A stretch of 64,000 nucleotides of DNA from Eledone cirrhosa (lineage: Eukaryota). The stretch covers positions 192,386,001 through 192,450,000 of the forward strand of contig OZ024742.1 in the NCBI GenBank assembly GCA_964016885.1. The letters run 5' to 3'. The position numbers and the translations under genes are program-made. Positions 45,349 to 57,931 of this stretch are shown here, piece after piece. The notes beneath the pieces are model-generated. The model was not told the DNA's origin. It saw nothing but the letters and a program-made list of their open reading frames with translations, and searched no databases. Each line of letters opens with the position of its first letter. The stretch's first letter is position 1.

Positions 45349-46304
45349 TGACAGACACATAGAAATAATGACAGTGAGGCGTAAGAAGACGCTGGCATAG
45401 TTGAGTTGTTAATAAGTTCGCAGCGCAGTTATTAAGTCCCGTGTTCGTTCTAACTACATGACATTTGGGCAAGTCTCTTTACTATAGAACCAGGTCGACC
45501 GAAGTCATATAGAAGTCTGTCGGGTGATTTCCACCTGAATGTTGTGTCAATCTGATTCTACTTAACAGTTATGTCAAGGTTTGCAGATATATGCGGAATA
45601 TTCGGACATTTATATGTAAATTTTACGAGTAAGCATTTCCGTCAAACGAACAACTGGACAGTTGAACATCGCATTCCTCTCACCATCGTTTTCATCGTCG
45701 TCATCATCATCATCATCATCATCATCACGATCGTCATCATAATCCCGACCACCATCATCATCATCATCATCATCATCAACGCTACAACCACTACCATCAT
45801 TATCTTCAGCATAGTCATCACATACTCACGCAAATATAATACATTCATATATACATATATGCATACATACAAATATATATGCATACATATATATACATAC
45901 ACACGTATGCATGCATATTTACATACATACACACACAGATCAACCACACATATGTATACACACACACATATACACACGCACACAGGCGCGCACGCACACT
46001 CACACACACACACTCACACACACACTTTCATATGTATGTATGTGGTATGAGTATTCTTTGTAGAATGTAGATGCGAAGCAGTGATAAATACTTTCCCATC
46101 GAAACATAATGACGATGGTGCTTAGCTCCAGAGTGTGTACCATTATAAGAATGACTGATGGTTCCCTTCACCAGCCATGACATCGGTCTATCTCAACTCA
46201 TATTCCCAGAAGATTCCATGTCTCTATTGGCAATAATATTGGTAATCTGAAACTCTCGCACAATTAAGTATCTTCTCGAAAGAAAAAAATATAATAAAAT
46301 AAAA

Positions 46305-46635
46305 TGGAATTCCGTCGGTTTCGACGATGAGTGTTCCAGTATAATCAACTGAAATTGTCGTGTAAGTGTCTGAGTATTGCACTCATAGGTCGTCTACCCA
46401 TAACTTAATTTCCAAAGAGATGTATCATGACTGTGTGTGACAATGCTGAGCATTTAAATTACAGGCCCAGTCCACCCGTCGGGCTTCCATACACGTTTCG
46501 CTTGCTCATTTTTGCTTAAAAGGCTTCTGTCGATCCGGGACTATGGTAAATGACACATGCTCAAGATGTCACGCTGTAGGATCGAAAGGGGGAACCTTAT
46601 GACAACGAAGAGAACTTCTTAATCATTCGGTCATA
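46305..46635 (-). mobile_element. older SINE family 2
   Basis: Colinear similarity to 57475-57805. Confidence 0.6.
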
Positions 46636-47568
46636 TTGCGCCAGCCGCTGTTTTGCTATAGTTTATTCACCATCCCCTTCCTTCTTTTTACACACACCTA
46701 CATTCACGCAAACACACACACACACACACAAATTGTGTGACGGACGGACGGAAGTCGCTCAAATTTGTATATTGATAGCGGGCCTTATCCCTCTGTGTGT
46801 TTGGGTGATGACGTCAACCGGCCAGAACAGCGTTCAGTGTCTTTGTACTTTTGCTATGAATATCACGGCCGGCCTCTACTTGGGTCTACAGTAGAGTTGA
46901 CAGATCTGGTAGAATGTTCATAACTTACAGTCAATATGCAGTGGTTCTTTGTTTAAAACAGGGTATGTGTTCATGCCCCAATCTCGTTTTCTTTAAACTA
47001 GCACTCCCATGAAAGAAAATGCCACATTATATCAAACACTTGGAAGGTAAATACTCCACAAATGCAAGACGTTCGCAAGTTCAATTCATAACTGCGGCAT
47101 CTGGTACTGAATATTCTAGCTGAATAGACTGAAACAAGTTGAAATAGTGTCTTGTTCAAGGACACAACGTCACCCGACCTGAAAATCGAACTTTCAATCT
47201 TACGATCATGTTCCCAGCACACAAACCAACAAACTAGGAGCTTTCAGATACACACAAACACACACAAACACGGGCACACACATATACACACACACACATA
47301 TTCAATTATATGTGAATGGCAAATCCCACATGCAACGATTTGCATTTATCTGTACATTATTCACTTTTACATAATGACAAATAAAGACACACATATCAGT
47401 TAAAACATCACGCACACACGCACATATCCTCACACAGCTACATTCACACATGTGCAGATCTCCTACCAGCCCCACACTCACTAAAGGTATATCTATAATC
47501 CATCACTATATCTTAATCTGCAATCCATCCAATGCTATATATACATATATATATATACACACACAAAT

Positions 47569-47636
<68 letters not shown>

Positions 47637-47883
47637 TATAATATAATCACTGAGTATAATCAATACCTACTACCACTCCTCCCCCACACACACACACTAC
47701 CTCTTCTTATCAGGCATCGTTCCTCGCACCCGCCCATTCCTCTTTTACTATTAGTCACCAAGACAAAACCAACTATTTCATTTTCCCTTCTCCCAACACT
47801 GTTATCTGACCCCCATCAGAAATTATCCTGACATCTCGACCGCCATAGAAATCATTTATGTGATGGGTTAGCAAAGTTTGACT

Positions 47884-48025
47884 GGTAGGTAGGTTGGTTG
47901 GTTGGTTGGCTGGTTGGTTGGTTGGTTGGTTGGTTGGTTGGTTGGTTGGTTGGTTGGTTGGTTGGTTGGCTGGTTGGTTGGTTGGTTGACTGGCTGGTTG
48001 GTTGGCTGAATGGTTGGTTGCTGGT
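47884..48025. repeat. (TTGG)n
   Basis: Seen directly in the sequence. Confidence 0.96.
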
Positions 48026-48068
48026 TAGTTGTTAAGTTTGTTATTTGTTATATTAAACAATTATAATA

Positions 48069-48780
48069 GGGTGGTGGATTGGTAGTGTCGGTAGTGGGTC
48101 AGACGCCATGTTTGCAGCACAGTTACGTCCCTTTACGGACTGAGTTCAAATCCCGCCGAGGTTAACTTTGCCTGTCATCCTTACGGGGTCGATAAAAATA
48201 AAGTACCAGTAATGTACTGAGTAATTGCTGGCTTTGTGCCAAAAGTAGAAACAATTATATTAAACAATTATTATTGATTGGTAGTATCGGTAGAGGGTCG
48301 GACGCCATGCTTTGACGCATAGAGTTACGGCCCTTTCCATTCTGAGATCAAATCCCGCCGAGGTTAACTTTGCCTTTCATCCTTACTGGGTCGATAAAAT
48401 AAAGTACCAGTAATGTACTTGTGCCAATAGTAGAAACAATTATTAGTATTAGTATCGGTAGAGGGTCGGACGCCATGTTTTCCAGCATAGAGTTACGTCA
48501 CTTTGCGGTTTGAGTTCAAATCCCGCCGAGGTTAACTTTGCCTTCTATCCTTACAGAGTCGATAAAATAAAAAGTTCCAGTATTACACTGGGATAATTGT
48601 TGGTCTTGTGCCAAAAGTAGAAACAATCATATTAAACAATTATTATTATTAGTGTTATTATTCTGAGTTTAAATCCTGCCGAAGCTAGCTTTGCCTTTCA
48701 TCCTTACGGGGTCGATAAAATAAAGCACCAGTTATGCACTGGGGTCGATTTAATCTGGCAATGTGCTTAAATAAAAAAAA
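48069..48780 (+). mobile_element. head-to-tail cluster of four SINE family 1 copies
   Basis: B-box and central domain repeat at ~48140, 48340, 48510 and 48663. Confidence 0.88.
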
Positions 48781-49464
48781 ACATTATTAGTGTTATTTGA
48801 AATGTGGTCGTCTCAATATAAATGATTATAATAATAGTCGATCACTATAAATGACCCTAACTCTAACTAAACCTAACCCTAATTCTAACCACAAGAGGTT
48901 GGGGAAATGGACAGAAGCTCTTTCATATGATATATAACAGCTCTGGTTTTGTAATACAAAGCTGTTTATTTTTAAATGCTTGTGTGTATTTTAACAATAC
49001 CTTCCATCGAAAGTTTAAGTAAGAATCTTTTTTACATCATACAACAAACACCAACTTAATGAAACTAAATTTAGTTATATTACTAAATCCCTTCAAATTC
49101 TTTATCATTTTCCAGATGATTTAAAAGTCCCTGACAGTGTCTTTATTTTATTAGAACTATGGTAAAATGAGGTTAATAAATATTGCCTTCTTTTTACTTT
49201 TTCTTTTAACCTTGACTCTCTCATCATATATTTTGAGAAATTAACCGAAATAATGAACAATAGTCCCCCAGCAGATATTATGTTGGTCTTGTAAATATTG
49301 TGTGACTTATGACATTTTGAGTATCTGATTTCAGCATCCATTGTTTTAGTTAGTTCTTACTAGACCACCCGCGACCCATTGGGTCACGTTCACTTCAAAA
49401 TAATTTCTAAATAATTAAAATATACATCGACATATATTGTGCAATTAACCTGGAAGGCCCATAA

Positions 49465-49542
<78 letters not shown>

Positions 49543-49583
49543 TATATTAATAAATGGAAACTATATTTATGAAACCATAATTA

Positions 49584-49645
49584 TTTTATTATATATATTT
49601 CAAGGGCAACTAAGGCAAATTTTGGTACGCTTTCATCAGATAAAA
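49584..49645 (-). ncRNA. type I hammerhead ribozyme
   Basis: ttttat-CTGATGA-aag...ctt-GAAA-tatat-ATA^ataaaa, within a ~180 bp insert in (TA)n. Confidence 0.7.
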
Positions 49646-49743
49646 TACAAAATTTGTTTTATAAATGTTGACATACCCGCAAAAGAACAACCTTGACGGT
49701 TGGAGGTTCACTGGATAGTATATATATATATATATATATATAT

Positions 49744-49924
49744 AGTTTTAATATAGATGAGATTCTACAGGACTAGAACTGTTTCATTCTTTAGAAATCA
49801 TGATTTCTAAAGAATGAAACAGTTCTAATCCTGTAGAATCTCATCTATATTAAAACTTATATACTCTGCTATGTATTGAGTACCTTAACTACTGTGGTTA
49901 CCTCCGATTCAACCCGGAATAACG

Positions 49925-49925
<1 letters not shown>
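49744..49925 (+). mobile_element. family B fold-back mini-element
   Basis: Near-perfect palindrome 49744-49857 centred 49800|49801, inside the HHR core, plus tail; inside (TA)n. Confidence 0.85.
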
Positions 49926-49996
<71 letters not shown>

Positions 49997-50166
49997 CGTG
50001 TGTGTATGTATATATATAAATGTGTGTGCTTGTATACATATATATATATACATATGTGTGTGTATATATATATATGTGGGTGTCTGTGATCTATATACAC
50101 TGGTCATAAACACACACATATACACACACACTCATATATATATATGCCGTCGGGGTCATACTTTTT

Positions 50167-50208
<42 letters not shown>

Positions 50209-50849
50209 ACAACACCACTAGCTCTCTCTCTCTCTATGTCTCTCTTTCAATCTACTCTCTCACAACGACTATCCCTTTCTCTCTCCCCTTCTCTCTCTCT
50301 CCCTCTCCCCCCCCCCTCTCTCTCTCTTTATGAAGTTACCCAGAAAACCCATATCTCAGGAACTCGTGCTTCGATTTACGCGAAACTTGTTTTATTCCAT
50401 TTGTATTCCCATTTCAGAGGCAACTTCTTTTCAAAGTATTTACACATTATGCGCCCTTTTGGCTGCATTACATTACAAACAAACAAGCAAGCAATCACAG
50501 GCTTTTAATAATATATAGATTGACAATGTTACAGGATCTGCAACATGGCGATAGATTGCGTAGAGGTCGAGAGTTTGAGCTCATTCAGATACTTTAATAA
50601 CTGTGTCTGATCTTGCTAGCAAGATGTCCTTACTAGACAGACACTGATTCACCATGTGTTTGGCAGACTAAGAAAAAGCATATGACAAAAATAGGAAGAT
50701 CAACTCCTTTCGCATAATCCATGGTGCTACATACGACAGCGAATCGTAAACTCTTAAGAAAGAAGATAAAATAGACCACATTTTTTCGAAATGTGATGTG
50801 AGAGGTGTATAGAATGTGTAATACTGAGGCACAACAAAATAGATGACTT

Positions 50850-51041
50850 AATAATTGTTTCTACTTTAGGCACAAGGCCAGCAATTTTCCAGTGCATTAC
50901 TGGTACTTTATTTTATCGATCCCCGTAAGGATGAAAGGCAAAGTCAACCTCGGCGGGATTTGAACTCAGATCGTAAAGGGACGTAACTATGCTGGAAAGC
51001 ATGGCGTCCGACCCTCTACCGATACTGGTACTCCACCGCCC
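50850..51041 (-). mobile_element. SINE family 1
   Basis: Reverse complement of the consensus; aaatagatgacttaataat occurs on both sides (TSD-like). Confidence 0.88.
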
Positions 51042-51502
51042 TCAAATAGATGACTTAATAATATTAGAATTATCTAACTCATCCGGAATTACCGACATCA
51101 ATGGTTTAGTCACATTAATTGCTAGCCATAGACATCAATAATCTACTGGGTATCAAGGAAGATTGTCAAGGCCCAGTTAAAAGAAACAAACCGCCGAAGG
51201 TTTGGCAAGACAATAACTGGGAGGACCTGAACCACCGATTGTTATGTGTGGATGACTGGTAGATAATCATGACCAAAGTAAGCAACATATACAAAATATT
51301 GACCAGCAAAGATACTGAATAGTTCTACACAAAAGCCACCATCATTTTGTATGCAGTTATAATAGTGAGCTGTTATATTAAGATTTGTAAATTTTTCAAA
51401 CGATCTTCATAAATATAGGTATTTTAGTTTCGTATCCTCAGACCGTACTTTACGAAAAATATCGGAGTAGCAATACACTCATTCATTATTTCTATCTTTC
51501 AG

Positions 51503-51611
51503 GATCTTCTATGTTTCCCATGATTCTCAAGACTTGAAAATTTGGAGCTACATTGCAAGAGACGGTCCAACCAATGTCTTCAAGTGTAACGTATTCAAGG
51601 CATACAAAAAG
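51503..51611 (+). CDS. NOS1AP: NOS1AP/CAPON-like exon ([36 protein letters not shown])
   Basis: ctttcag acceptor and AAG|gtaac donor; phase 2/0 joins the previous exon in frame. Contains the CAPON PTB signature [13 protein letters not shown]. Confidence 0.95.
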
Positions 51612-51710
51612 GTAACAGAAATTTATTTATAGTAATACAAAATAGCAATCTATATTTCCACTCTATTTATATTTCCACTGTTTATATACCATATATTATG
51701 TGTTTATATA

Positions 51711-52242
51711 TACTAGCAGAAAAACCACCCTTCGTGTAGTGTATATATTGATATTATACGCAAGTATATATATACATCTAGATATGATACATCAAATAAA
51801 ATCGTAATTGACAATATAAACAGAAATTGAACGAAGACGTGGTTACACTGTCTTATGTAATCAGTAACGTAATCCATGATACATTAAAAAAATACGATAT
51901 TATATATAAACTGCATTAGGAGAAAATTAGTGACAGAAAATCAGTATGTTTATTTAAGTGATCGCCACCGGAAGTGTTGACATCACACGCTCTCTCTTTC
52001 TATATATATGGTAGTTGACGTGGTGGTGGTGGCGACGTTATACCGGAAGTGCAACTTTGAAAAGAAGTCAATTTTAAATTATTTATTTTTACGAAATTAT
52101 TTTGTTTACGAAATTTAGCAGATAAATTATGTAATATTCATTCATTATTTATTCAAAGTAATCCAACTTATTTTACTAACGGGATAAAAAAAATAATAAA
52201 CCGTACGCAGTCCCGCAGACCTTCCTTTATTATAGTTTAGAT
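51711..52242 (+). mobile_element. putative Helitron/Helentron-like element
   Basis: tactagcagaaaaacc start and tttattatagtttagat end. Confidence 0.35.
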
Positions 52243-52416
52243 GTACAAAATACTACGTGTTTCTCAAACGATATATGGCTCTTTCTTTATATATACATAT
52301 ATCTTTTAATTTGAATTATATATATATATATATATTATATTATATTTTGAGAATAAACTCTCAGTCGTTTACAATAATTAAGCTCCAGGAAGGGGCTCTT
52401 CCGAGCAGTTAAATAC

Positions 52417-52471
<55 letters not shown>

Positions 52472-52981
52472 TCCTAGACCACCCGTCACCAGTTGGGTCA
52501 CGTTCACTTCAAAACATTTTTTTAAAAATCATATTTGCTTAAAAATAATTCATAAATAATTAAAATATACACAGACATGTATATAATGTCAAATGAAACT
52601 GGAAGGCCCATATATATACGTGTGTGTATGTATATTTATATATATAAATGTGTGTGTATATATACATACATATATATATGTGTGTGTGTATATATGTGGT
52701 TGTCTGTGATCTATATACACTGGTCATAGACGCACGCACACATATACATACACATATATACACACACTCACATATATATATATATATATATATATAGGAA
52801 CCAGTAAGACCCCGACAGCTGAGCTCAAGCCGTTTCGACGGCTAATTCTAGAATTAGCCGTCGAAACGGCTTGAGCTCAGCTGTCGGGGTCTTACTGGTT
52901 CCTATTACCCACTCTACTACCTCAAGTATTGAGTACTTTGGTGCGTTATGGTCCACCTGGTTCCTTACCACATTTCCTTCG

Positions 52982-53028
<47 letters not shown>

Positions 53029-53327
53029 CACAACAACCAGCTCCCTCTCTTCCATTCTCCTTCTCTGTCTCCTCTCCATCTCTCTATGTCTCTCTTTCAA
53101 TCTACTCTCTCACAATCACTATCTCTTTCTCTCTGTCCTTCTCACTCTCTATTTATGAAGGTACCCGGGAAAAACCCATATCTTGATTTACGCGAAACTT
53201 GTTTTATTCCATTTGTATTCCCATTTCAGAGTCAACTTCCTTTCAAAGTATTTTCCCATTATACGCCCTTTTACACTACAGAGAAGCAAGCAAGCAAGCA
53301 ATGACAGAGTTTTAGTAGTATATAGAT
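52472..53327 (+). mobile_element. putative Helitron/Helentron-like element, copy 2
   Basis: Colinear with 49358-50520 apart from insertions in TA tracts. Confidence 0.55.
52795..52984 (+). mobile_element. family A fold-back PLE mini-element
   Basis: Perfect 110 bp palindrome 52795-52904 (centre 52849|52850) plus the 80 nt tail; inside (TA)n. Confidence 0.88.
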
Positions 53328-54017
53328 ATATTGTGAGTGTGTTTAGGTGTGTGTTTATATAAATATATCTCTTGAAACAATGAGGCCTGCCATAGTTTAA
53401 AATCGACAGAGACCAAAACTAGTTTCTGCAGTCCTTAGATGAAATGTTTTATCTACGATCACCATGGTAACGTTGTTACATTTTGTTGTTGTTGCTTAAA
53501 CAACTGTGATTAAATAATAATAATAATAATAAAACACTACAAAAAAATAAAATATTCTATTAGGAAATATTTAAATTTGAAGTTTGTGCGTCCGAACGCA
53601 AGTGATTATAAGAATGGTCGATCATGATAAATGATTAAATAATTAAATAATCAAATTTCACATTTCTTCTGTTTTTTTCATGTTTGTAATAAAAAAAAAT
53701 TAATTAAATAAAACCAGTTTCGAGAAAATAGCTTGGTTTGATATTGTTTCAACATTCTATCCCCTTCCTCCACCAATGTCTCTTTCCTTCACCCTCCCTC
53801 TCCTCCATATCTATCTCTCCCCTTCACTCCCCCTTCCTCCCCAACTCTCTCTGTCTCTCTCTCTCTCTCTATCTCTCTATCTATCTATCTATCTCTATCT
53901 GTCTCTTGTCATTCTTGCACCAGTTTCTTCATCATTTTCTCTTTTCTCTTTCAAAGTTTAATTCAATCGTCTTATTGTTGTTGTTCACGTTGTTGTTGTT
54001 CACGTTGTTGTAATTGA

Positions 54018-54018
54018 T

Positions 54019-54061
<43 letters not shown>

Positions 54062-54107
54062 CAGCAGCAGTAGTAGTAGTAGCAGTAGCAGTAGTAGTAG
54101 TAGTAGC

Positions 54108-54150
<43 letters not shown>

Positions 54151-54173
54151 ATAGCAGTAGTAGTAGTAATAGC

Positions 54174-54211
<38 letters not shown>

Positions 54212-54313
54212 CAGCAGCGGTAGTAGTAGTAGTAGTAATAGTAGTAGTAGTAGTAGTAGTAGTAGCAGTAGTAGTAGCAGCAGTACTAGTAGTAGTAGTA
54301 GTAGTAGTAGTAG
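54018..54313. repeat. (AGT)n with AGC variants
   Basis: Seen directly in the sequence. Confidence 0.97.
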
Positions 54314-54914
54314 ATGTTGTTGTTCTTATTCTTGTTGTCTGTACATTTTAGTTTGTGGAAGACAATAGAAATTAACTACTTGGAAGCCGTAGTGGAGATG
54401 GTGGTGGTGGTGGTGGTGGCGGCGGTGGTGGTGGTGGCGGTGGTGGTGTTGGTGGTGGTGGTGGTGGTAGTGGGGGCGCAGCTGTTCAGTAACAATATGT
54501 AATTATAAAAGTCACACCCACACTCACTCACTGATACACACACACACACTCACTCACTGACACACACACACACACTTGCACACACTCACTCACACACAGA
54601 CTCACTCACACACACACACACACACAGCAAAGCAAACAAACAATTTGATTGGGTAATCCTGTTGTGTTTGCGGGGATAAACTTTAAAACATCGGGTGGGG
54701 GTCATTTGTGAAATTGAAAACAATTTATTCGGTTTATAATTGTATTTGTAAACCATTGTTGGAGACAAAACAGAGAATGAGGGGGTGTGGGTGAGAGACT
54801 GTGGGAGAAAGAAAAACTTAAGAGTAAAGGAGGAAAACAGGGGTACAGAAGGAGAGAGTGAGAGAGAGGCGGAGAGTGATTGAGCGGAAAATGGTGTCAG
54901 GAAAGACACTGTTG

Positions 54915-55300
54915 TATTCTCTTCTTCTTGTTGTTCTTGCACGATGAGACTGGGATCAGCTTATGTCAGTCATCCAGAGGCATCATCATGCGTAGAGCCG
55001 ACCAGATACACCAGTGCCCTCCATCGCTGGTGATCCCGTGTCAGCCAGCTCCCCCTCTGCATCCTTCAAGGTAACGTCGAGCTTCTGAAGATCTTATTTG
55101 ATGACAACCAGCCATCTGGCGTGGGGCTTCTTCCAGCCTATAGCTGCTCTGTCATAAGAGAGTAAGGCCCTGGTAGGATGATCTGGTGGCAGTCGGAGGA
55201 CATGTCCGTACCATCTCATGCGTAGGATAGCTATGAAGCGCGAGGCTGCGGGATGATGCATGCGCTCACGCATCTCTTTGTGTACAAGATGGCGAATTGG
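54915..55300 (-). mobile_element. RTE-clade LINE 3' fragment
   Basis: Minus strand MRWYGHVLRLPPDHPTRALL...RWL..IK*DL...RWRALV, followed by a short caa/gaa tail. Confidence 0.8.
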
Positions 55301-55860
55301 CTGATTCGGTAAAAAATCAAATAAAATATCTTATGGTATATGTTCCGACTGACAGTGCTCTGAGCTAAACGCCAGTTAATATCAACTTTTCTTTTATACA
55401 TTCGAGGCCTATAAAATAAAGAATAAGTCGAAGGCTGCGTATTAGTGCAGATATTAGAGCACCGAAAAGATAAAAGATGCCTTCTATCTTTTCCGGTATT
55501 TTTTGTTCTGACTTCACATTCTACCTTGATTTAAACCCCACAGCTGTCCAATGTTAATCCCCCCAATCACCGAATCAAAACTGATTATGAAAGCTATGAA
55601 AGGTATAAGAGGATTGGGGCCATCTGCAATAATGAAGATGATATCAGTGGACCTTCGTCTGTTTCGACTATGAGTGTTCTAGTCGGATCAACATACGCGA
55701 GAACACAATGATGATTTATATTAGTTTAACTCTTGATTTAGCAGGAAATGAGTATTAACGGATATGTGTTTGGGGTACTATACGAGTAAAACTGATTTAT
55801 TTTAGTCTGTCTAGCTTATAGCTCTCCCTCAAATCGGGATCTTGGGTTAAGTTAAATATG

Positions 55861-55901
<41 letters not shown>

Positions 55902-55924
55902 TTATTTCGGGAATATTACCCGCC

Positions 55925-55983
<59 letters not shown>

Positions 55984-56003
55984 AAATATTGTTATTTTTA
56001 CAG

Positions 56004-56154
56004 AGTCAAGCGATGAGAATTGTCCGGACAATCGGTCAAGCGTTTGAAGTGTGCCACAAATTAAGTGTAGTACAAAGTCCCTTGAATGGGGGAACACCTG
56101 ATGATGGAAACAGTACGATATCCGTGGACGACAATGAGAAGTCGTTGTCAAAAC
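56004..56154 (+). CDS. NOS1AP: NOS1AP/CAPON-like exon (SQAMRIVRTIGQAFEVCHKLSVVQSPLNGGTPDDGNSTISVDDNEKSLSK)
   Basis: tttttacag acceptor and C|gtgagt donor; phase 0/1. Encodes the PTB C-terminal helix SQAMRIVRTxGQAFEVCHKLS. Confidence 0.95.
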
Positions 56155-56329
56155 GTGAGTATTAAGACATATTTTTGCTAAATAACTATATATGTATGTA
56201 CCTATGTATAAACTTAAGTACGTACGTATGTATGCATGCATGTATGGATCTATGTATACCTGTATGTATGTATTTCTTAATTTCGAGTATATTTTCTATA
56301 TTACTGACCACCTAGTCGACGTTCAAATA

Positions 56330-56700
56330 TCTGATGTTCTAATAAACTAAGTTTTAATTATGAATTGATCAGATAAACCGAGTTTCAATCATCCAATGTT
56401 CATATAAACGGAGTTTCAATATTCAGTTAAACCCAAGTTTCAAATATGTTATGTTCAGATAAACTAAGTTTACATATACAATTCTCAGATAAACCTGAGC
56501 TTTATATATGCGAGTTACACATATGCAATGTTCAGATAAAACGAGTTACACATATGCAATGTTAAGATAAATAAAGTTTTAAATATACTATACTTAGATA
56601 AATCCGAGCTGTAGATATGCGATGTTCAGATAAAACGAGTTACAAATATGCAATGTTCAGATAAACCAAGTTTTAAGTATACAATGCTCAACTCCAGCTT
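56330..56700. repeat. degenerate ~30 bp tandem repeat (atgttcagataaaccgagtt...)
   Basis: Seen directly in the sequence. Confidence 0.8.
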
Positions 56701-57268
56701 CAAATGCACCGAACATTTCGCAATAAAAATGGTATAGAAAATAATCTATTTTCTGAATGAGTCTTGAAACAAAAGCGTGAAAGTAGGAATCAGGAAAGAG
56801 GAATGGAAAAGTGAGTGAGAAAGAAATTGCATGAAAAAAAATGGAACAAAGTGATGAAATTAAAAGAAACGAGGAACCGAAGAAAGAAAAAAAAAATGAA
56901 CGAAATTGTCAGAAAGATGAAAGAGATGAATGAAAGCAGAAAAATAAAAAATACATAAATAAATAAATAAGGAAAGAAAGCAATAATGTATATAAACTGA
57001 AAGAATGGATGAAAGACCCACAAAAAGAAACAAAGGGTGGGGGTGACAAAGAGAAGAAAATGTAACAAATAAAGAGATGAATAAGATGTTATTGAGTATG
57101 GTTGAATGTGGGAGAGGAATACGTTAGTTTGTGATGGTGACTAACGATTTCTTCCGACATCTTGTATAGATGGCTAAGGAGAGGGGTGGTAGATTAATTT
57201 TTTTATTAGATAGACTTATCTCGTATAATATATATATATATATAATATATATATATTATCATAAATAC

Positions 57269-57338
<70 letters not shown>

Positions 57339-57474
57339 TATTTACATATATGTATCTATACAACACACACACACACACATATATATTGGAAGAATACGTT
57401 TAGGAGTAATGAAGAGAAACAAGGAAGTATGAACAGAGAAATCTAGCACAAAGAAAGGAAGGCAAGAAAGGACC

Positions 57475-57805
57475 ACCGTCTGTTTTGACGATGAGTGTTC
57501 CAATGGAACATTCTGCTCATGAAATTAACGTGTGAGTAAGCATGTGTATCAGACATGTGTATCCTTAACGCAATTCGCTGGGAGATCCAGCATGACGACA
57601 CGGTGTGTAACAAACGAACGCTTTGAATTAAACGTAGCCCATCCAGTGGTCTTCGATACAGTTTCTGTCTCCACAAATTCACACATAAAGCATGAGTCTA
57701 CAAATGGCTTTGATAAATAATAGCCCATGATGCTACGTAGTGGGAATCGAACACACGGCGTAGTGATTGCGAAGCGAACTTCTTAATCATTCAGCTATGC
57801 TGGTC
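57475..57805 (-). mobile_element. older tRNA-derived SINE family 2
   Basis: Minus strand tagctgaatgattaag...gttcgattccc head; related copies at ~46305-46635 and ~31150-31260. Confidence 0.65.
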
Positions 57806-57828
57806 CACACTTGCCATGCATATATGTA

Positions 57829-57931
57829 ACCGAGGTTTACTTTGCCTTTCATCCTTTCGGGGTCGATAAAATAAAGTACCAGTAATGCACTGGATAATTG
57901 CTGGCCTTGTGCCAAACGTAGAAACAATTAT
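57829..57931 (+). mobile_element. SINE family 1, 3' half
   Basis: Same consensus. Confidence 0.8.

Larger units (their letters stand above)
49358..50520 (+). mobile_element. putative Helitron/Helentron-like element, copy 1, with nested insertions
   Basis: tactagaccacccg start and ttttaataatatatagat end; paralogous to 52472-53327. Confidence 0.55.

Noticed and set aside
48069-48780. tRNA gene cluster or CRISPR-like array
   Set aside because: The units are SINE copies with a B-box but no cloverleaf, there are no unique spacers, and the context is eukaryotic.
54880-55074. + strand ORF ending near aag|gtaac as a possible host exon
   Set aside because: Better explained as the antisense strand of an RTE LINE fragment.
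56098-56115. ctgatga-tg-gaaac-agta resembling a hammerhead core
   Set aside because: It lies in the coding exon (PDDGNS) and has no stem I pairing.
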